Shown here piece after piece: positions 59,095 to 64,000 of a DNA stretch of 64,000 nt (position 1 is its first letter; each line of letters opens with the position of its first letter). The notes below the pieces were generated by a model that ran no database searches, had not been told where the DNA came from, and saw only the letters and a program-made list of their open reading frames with translations. Source of the DNA: a virus (Duplodnaviria; Caudoviricetes); the IMG/VR virus record IMGVR_UViG_3300037067_012088, positions 127,388-191,387 of that record; one strand, given 5' to 3'. Both the position numbers and the translations under genes were made by a program.

Positions 59095-60021
59095 TCACAC
59101 CCGATTGTAGCGCGGACAACCGGCATGATGCAGCGTCTCCGCATACTCATCTTCCTTGAGCGCGGGTTCCGTGCCCGGCATGTAGTTGCCTACGAGGGCG
59201 TTGGTGTCGCGCTTCTTGATGGAGGTGTAAGAGGTGGCGCGGAAATAGGTGCAGACGTTTTGACACCATCTCTTGTCGTCCTTGAAGTTGACATAGGCGT
59301 CCTTGAGACCGAACTCCACCACGCGCTCATACATGTGCTCCAGATATAGCTCAAAGCCTTCAAGCTGAGCCGGTGTCGCGGGCATCGTGATCTGAATATG
59401 CTTGGACGGTTCCTTCTTGGTGGGCGGATGACGGAGCATTACATACCTTATCTCGGCGGGTATTCCATAGGTCTTCCATATGTGCCACTGGTAAACGAGT
59501 GACTGGTAGGACCTTTCGACCTCCTCCGATTCGAAGCGGTCTCGCTGACTCTTATAGTCCCACACGATAGCGTAATCACCATAGAATGCCATCCTGTCGA
59601 TAAACCCCTTGACGGTCCCACCGTTCCGCAGAGTCATATTGAACTCGTATTCTGGCTCAAATCGCCGCGTCGCCCCGGTATCGAGGAAGTCAGTATGATT
59701 GAGAACGAGCATCACCATGGGATCGATATCCGCCATGAGGGAATCGATGACCTTGGTGTTGTATTGCCACGCACGGACCAAGCGCCCTAAAGGAGGGTAG
59801 ACGTAAATGGTGCCCGCCTTCTTGACCGTGTCGTAAACGTGACGGTGTCTATCGCGGTAGAGCACTTCGAGGATTCCGTGAGCTATCGAGCCGAGCTTCG
59901 TGCGCGGCCAGACCTTCTCCGGCACCTTGAGATACTCGCTCGCGTAGAACTTGTAGGTGCAGTCATCGATGGCTTTGAGGCGACTGGCCGAAATGCGACG
60001 TGCTGGTTTGACTTCACTCAT
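59095..60021 (-). CDS. PD-(D/E)XK RecB/Cas4-like exonuclease
   Basis: ISASR...C, GS.AH..LE, E..F, GFIDR, WDYKS, Q...Y and C..VC motifs. Confidence 0.85.
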   Translation of the reverse strand: MSEVKPARRISASRLKAIDDCTYKFYASEYLKVPEKVWPRTKLGSIAHGILEVLYRDRHRHVYDTVKKAGTIYVYPPLGRLVRAWQYNTKVIDSLMADIDPMVMLVLNHTDFLDTGATRRFEPEYEFNMTLRNGGTVKGFIDRMAFYGDYAIVWDYKSQRDRFESEEVERSYQSLVYQWHIWKTYGIPAEIRYVMLRHPPTKKEPSKHIQITMPATPAQLEGFELYLEHMYERVVEFGLKDAYVNFKDDKRWCQNVCTYFRATSYTSIKKRDTNALVGNYMPGTEPALKEDEYAETLHHAGCPRYNRV

Positions 60022-60319
60022 GGTCCCACATGCCTCCCCACCTCTCCATTCGGTCCCACAACAGGCTCGGGGTTCTTCAACCTGTAATCCGCATATTCGT
60101 CACTCAGTTCCACGTATCGCCGCATGTAAAACGCCGCCAAGGTCTTGAGGCGCTCTTCCTCAGTGAGACCGAGCATCTCGTTCTCCTTGGTGATCAGGTT
60201 CCACAGAGGCTGGTTCTCGAAGGCCCAGCGGTCTACCTCTTCCCAGTTGGCGAGTTTGCGCGCGGACAGGCCCGATCTGTTAACGGCACTGATGAGATTG
60301 AGAGTAGGCGGCGTTCGCT

Positions 60320-61243
60320 TCATCCTACCTCCTCCTTGAAGCGCGCCAGTTCGGCCGCACCGGCTTCACCACCCTGCACACAAGCCCCCCAATCATTGAA
60401 TCCCTGCGGGTGCCTGATTCGGACCTTATCGGGATTGAAGAAGTTGTCGAGCTTGGCCTTGATGTCCAGCGCGCGCAGCTTTCCCTTCCTTTGCACTCGC
60501 CCATTCACCATCTTACCGTCGTCGGGATCGTCATTGGTCGCGATATCGATGTTCTCCACGCCTGCACCGATGAGTTGCCCTATCATCACGTCGCTCAGGT
60601 TCAGGCCGAACAGGCTAAGGGTGTTCCATATCCCCCCATTCGCTAACGCCATCCATTCAGACCACCCTTCATTGAGCACGGCACGCTTAGTCTTGATGAT
60701 ATGCGGTCCCGAGATGTGCCACGGCCAGCAGACCCGGCTTGATTTGAACAGATGCTTGTATTTCGGCGCAAAGGTAGAATGGGTCAAGATACGCCCGCTG
60801 AAGCCGTTAATCTGGCCGGTCAGCCCGCGAATGGGGATGATGTAGCGGTTACTCAGCTTGTTCTTCTCGTCGATGGGCGAAACACCCCCCTCCAGCATCT
60901 CGATTATCTCACGACGAATCCCACGATTGAGCCAATAGCTATGGTCCTTAACGAGCCGCCCAAGGATGCCCTCGGGATAGACGGGGTCCACGACTATCTT
61001 GGGCTCGGGATCGATATACTCGATGTCGCCGACTACTCCATTCTTCAGCAGCGCGCGAATCTGGCTATTGTGCCCGGGTTCACCGGAGCCTACGATACAG
61101 TTGAACTGACCTGAGGGTAGGATGGAGAGGTGATTGCCGGTTTTGTCGGACCCGGCCATACGGCAGATCGGACACGCAGCTTGTATCGCGCCCGAAGGCT
61201 GGCGTTTGACGCACTGGAGCTTGGTTATGTCGTAGCCGGTCAT
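60320..61243 (-). CDS. DNA primase (DnaG-like, Toprim)
   Basis: CPIC zinc-binding region; NRYIIPI...GFSGR; PKYKH; LNEG; ATNDD. Confidence 0.85.
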   Translation of the reverse strand: MTGYDITKLQCVKRQPSGAIQAACPICRMAGSDKTGNHLSILPSGQFNCIVGSGEPGHNSQIRALLKNGVVGDIEYIDPEPKIVVDPVYPEGILGRLVKDHSYWLNRGIRREIIEMLEGGVSPIDEKNKLSNRYIIPIRGLTGQINGFSGRILTHSTFAPKYKHLFKSSRVCWPWHISGPHIIKTKRAVLNEGWSEWMALANGGIWNTLSLFGLNLSDVMIGQLIGAGVENIDIATNDDPDDGKMVNGRVQRKGKLRALDIKAKLDNFFNPDKVRIRHPQGFNDWGACVQGGEAGAAELARFKEEVG

Positions 61244-62739
61244 GGCAGTGGTTCATCCCCCTCACGTTTCCCCAAGTCAATCGCCACGTATCCCAGCTTC
61301 TTTTGGATCTCGCTGAACAGCCCCATGTCCCGATAGTGGAACCCATGATAGTCCAGATTGAAGTAGTCTTCCGCGAAGGAGCCGTCCGACATCTTGATAG
61401 GCTGAGCAAAGGAGGCGTAGTCCCGTCCGCGCGCCTGACGAATCTTGAGATTCTTGAGCACCACATTACCGAACGAGTTTTTCTCTCTAGCCAGCTCCTC
61501 GGTGACTTTGTAGCGCATCAAAAAGTTGGCGGTGCAGTTGTCCTTGATGCGGTCGGACACCGAGATGACAGAGTCGTTATCCACGATGTCCGTGATCTTC
61601 TTGCCCTTGGAAATACCAAATCGATTCGACTGAGTAAACGTCATGAAACCCGCATCAATCTCCGTGGTCACGAGACTCTTCATGTCCGAAGTGTAATAAC
61701 CGACTGCCTGATACTCCTTAGTCTCCTTACCCATTGATTCTATGGCCTTCAAGTAGTCATCCACTATGATCAAGAAGTTACCGCGCCCAATCTTGTTGTA
61801 GTAGAACCGGCGCACGAAGGCCGTCTTCTCCTTGGCAGTCATACCAGACACGTTCTTGTAGTGGAATCGTCCAATGAGCTTCTCGGCGCGCGGAAACACT
61901 TCGCCGCGCATGAGATCCGTCCACTCCTTGTTGCGCCGCCAACCATTTCCCACCGCCGCCCAAAGGGGGATCTTACCCTTGGAGAAACAGCATATGGCGC
62001 GGTCCTCCAATTCCTCATCCGTCATCTCTCCGGCGTCAAGCCAGAGAATTGGCAGGTTGTGCGCCTCAGCCGTCGAGACCGCATAGTAGAAGCCAAACGA
62101 CGACTTACCGCCGCCACTGCGCGATGAGATATTGGTGAAGCTACCCTTGCGGAACAAAGGTCCCAAAGTGCGATCCATAGAGGGAATCACTCCAACATAG
62201 CCCAAGTCTTCCTTTTCGGCGGCACCGCTAGCCTCGATTCGCGCACGCATATTCTTGAACAGCTGAGTAGTATTACCCTCATGATAGTAGCTCGTGCCAA
62301 TGTCGGTGATGGTCTGCGTAACCGCATTCGACATGTCCTCAACCGTATCCGCCTTCATCACCTTCTGCTTCGCCTCATCACACTTGTCGATCAACTCGCG
62401 CTTGACCGTCATCTTCTTCAGTTCCTTGGCCAGCGGCACAATCTGCTCCTTGTCCAACATGCGCCCGCGATTGGAGAGACCGTCCAGATACGTGAACATG
62501 TCCACGCCCTCGATGGCCGTGATACCGTAGCTCTTCAGCTTCTCGGTCAGGATGATCGGCGCGACAGAGGCGGCGGGAACCTGCTCAAGCTGCTGACGGA
62601 TGACAGAGTAGATACGTTGACGGACAGTGCCGAAGTCCTTCTCGGCGATAAAGGAGATGTCGGCGAAGAGATCCGGGTAACGGAGGATAAGGCCAAGGCA
62701 GTGCTGTTCAATCTCGGGTGAATAGAGGGAAATGGCCAT
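61240..62739 (-). CDS. dnaB: replicative DNA helicase, DnaB-like
   Basis: S.E.EQ..LG N-terminus; Walker A SRSGGGKS; EM; DDYLK; QSNR. Confidence 0.85.
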   Translation of the reverse strand: MAISLYSPEIEQHCLGLILRYPDLFADISFIAEKDFGTVRQRIYSVIRQQLEQVPAASVAPIILTEKLKSYGITAIEGVDMFTYLDGLSNRGRMLDKEQIVPLAKELKKMTVKRELIDKCDEAKQKVMKADTVEDMSNAVTQTITDIGTSYYHEGNTTQLFKNMRARIEASGAAEKEDLGYVGVIPSMDRTLGPLFRKGSFTNISSRSGGGKSSFGFYYAVSTAEAHNLPILWLDAGEMTDEELEDRAICCFSKGKIPLWAAVGNGWRRNKEWTDLMRGEVFPRAEKLIGRFHYKNVSGMTAKEKTAFVRRFYYNKIGRGNFLIIVDDYLKAIESMGKETKEYQAVGYYTSDMKSLVTTEIDAGFMTFTQSNRFGISKGKKITDIVDNDSVISVSDRIKDNCTANFLMRYKVTEELAREKNSFGNVVLKNLKIRQARGRDYASFAQPIKMSDGSFAEDYFNLDYHGFHYRDMGLFSEIQKKLGYVAIDLGKREGDEPLP

Positions 62740-62740
62740 G

Positions 62741-63508
62741 TTAAATCAGTTCACCGCTCATGCGTTTGCGCGCAATCTCAACATTGGTTACAGACAACTC
62801 GAATCCCAACCATTGCCGACCAAGGTTCTTGGCGGCCAATGTGGTCGTCCCGCTACCCACAAAGGGATCAAGCACTACTCCGCCAACTGGCGACCAGCAC
62901 TTGACAACTCTTTCCGCCAACTCAATGGGGAAAGCCGCCACATGGAATTTGCGCTTGCCCGCTACCCGATACGCCGGGATGTCCCACACGTTACCGGGGC
63001 ACTTACCATTGACATTCCACTTCCATTTGCGCTTGTCCTTCGCGGCATAGTGGGAGTGAGGTTCCCGCACAGGGTCCTTGTCGAAGAAGTAGTCGTCCGT
63101 CTTGGCCAAATGAATCAACCACTCGTGCTTGTTACAGAAGCGACGCTTGCTGGCCACCGGCATCTTGTTACGGATATACCAGACGATACGCTCGATATAG
63201 CACAGAGATGACCCGGCAATCAACTTATCCGCCAACGGCAATGGGTGACCTTCGCGAACCAAATCCATGATATTGATAACGAGGTTGCCTGTTGGCTTCA
63301 ACACTCGCGCACACTCAGCGTTCAGTTGATTCATCGAGTCAAGGAAAGTATCGAGGGTCTGCCCGCGACCAATCTCGCCCGCTTCCGTGGCATACTTGTG
63401 CAAGTCGTAATAGGGAGGAGAGTAAAAGATCAGGTCAACCGAATTATCGGGAACGGGCTTGATGAGCGCGAGACAATCTCCTTGACGGATCTGGTTCAAG
63501 TCAAACAT
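62741..63508 (-). CDS. DNA methyltransferase, N4/N6 family, beta-class (SPPY suggests m4C)
   Basis: GDCL, VDLI..SPPY, H.A.FP and VLDPFVGSGTT motifs. Confidence 0.9.
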   Translation of the reverse strand: MFDLNQIRQGDCLALIKPVPDNSVDLIFYSPPYYDLHKYATEAGEIGRGQTLDTFLDSMNQLNAECARVLKPTGNLVINIMDLVREGHPLPLADKLIAGSSLCYIERIVWYIRNKMPVASKRRFCNKHEWLIHLAKTDDYFFDKDPVREPHSHYAAKDKRKWKWNVNGKCPGNVWDIPAYRVAGKRKFHVAAFPIELAERVVKCWSPVGGVVLDPFVGSGTTTLAAKNLGRQWLGFELSVTNVEIARKRMSGELI

Positions 63509-63936
63509 GGTTAGGTGGCCGAAACACCACTACGGCGGACGGAAAGGGCGCCGAATTCTTGTGGCCACCGAACTTGAGTCGCCCACGCACGAAACGCACC
63601 TCCCCCTTGAGACAGTAATCTTGGAACCACTGGGTATCCGTCCTCGCCGGGACCAGACATACCACCGTTGCCCCCCCCCTGTGCGGACTCGTAGGCCTTC
63701 TTGACCCAAGCCTTGATTGCGCGCCCGTAAGGCGGATTCATGAACGCGATATCCTTGGTCCAATCTTGCGTCAACCCGTCTTCGGCTTCCGTGTAGTGCT
63801 TGGGGCACTTGGCGCTTTCATGGGTGCAGCAGGGGTCCAAGGTAAAACCGAACTCGGCATTGAGCTTGTCGTAGAAGTCTTGAGGGGTCGGCCACTCAGG
63901 GGTAGCCGAGGAGAAGTGCAGCGAAGTGTTCAGCAT
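63501..63936 (-). pseudogene. phage DNA N6-adenine methyltransferase (Dam-like), frameshifted at a G9 tract
   Basis: W.TP, FTLDPC, DGL, NPPY in the first frame; VVCLVPARTDT.WF...RGRLKF...APFPS continues in another frame after 63671-63679. Confidence 0.85.
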
Positions 63937-63964
63937 AGGTCAAGTATCTGTCACGGGGACAGAC

Positions 63965-63993
63965 ATACTAGGGGGCTTGGAGGGGGATGTCAA
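63965..63993 (-). promoter_or_regulatory. class I promoter TTGACA-N8-CAAG-N5-TAGTAT
   Basis: Recurrent motif. Confidence 0.7.
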
Positions 63994-64000
63994 GCCTCGA

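Noticed and set aside
59095-60021. Cas4 as evidence of a CRISPR system
   Set aside because: Stand-alone PD-(D/E)XK nuclease in a replication module; no array or other cas genes

Overview
This window is part of a large, GC-rich dsDNA bacteriophage genome, probably a jumbo phage. Nearly all genes are on the minus strand and many overlap through ATGA start/stop junctions. 1-35 kb is a dense run of small accessory genes with some recognisable enzymes: two HD hydrolases, three metallophosphoesterases, an amidoligase-like protein, a dNMP kinase, an Rnl1-type RNA ligase, a polynucleotide kinase, an S26 peptidase, an HNH nuclease, Dps, a nucleotidyltransferase and a BRCT-domain protein. 35-45 kb is an RNA-centred island. 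It holds a 704-aa helical/TerD-domain protein preceded by three tandem structured RNAs, an array of 34 tRNA or tRNA-like genes covering all 20 amino acids (several with non-canonical architecture), a thaumatin-like gene, and about 1.6 kb of other structured ncRNAs. Upstream of these is a candidate attenuator whose 42-aa leader peptide contains all 20 amino acids. 50-64 kb is the replication module: ATP-grasp protein, split DnaE, DEDD exonuclease, PD-(D/E)XK nuclease, primase, DnaB and two DNA methyltransferases, one frameshifted at a G9 tract. A promoter motif TTGACN-N8-YAAG-N5-YANNNT recurs 16 times, mostly placed to give leaderless mRNAs. The best candidate for a new system is a translation-stress-sensing tRNA/ncRNA restoration module with a Ro60/Y-RNA-like ribonucleoprotein. 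All calls come from reading motifs and folding by eye; no searches were run.
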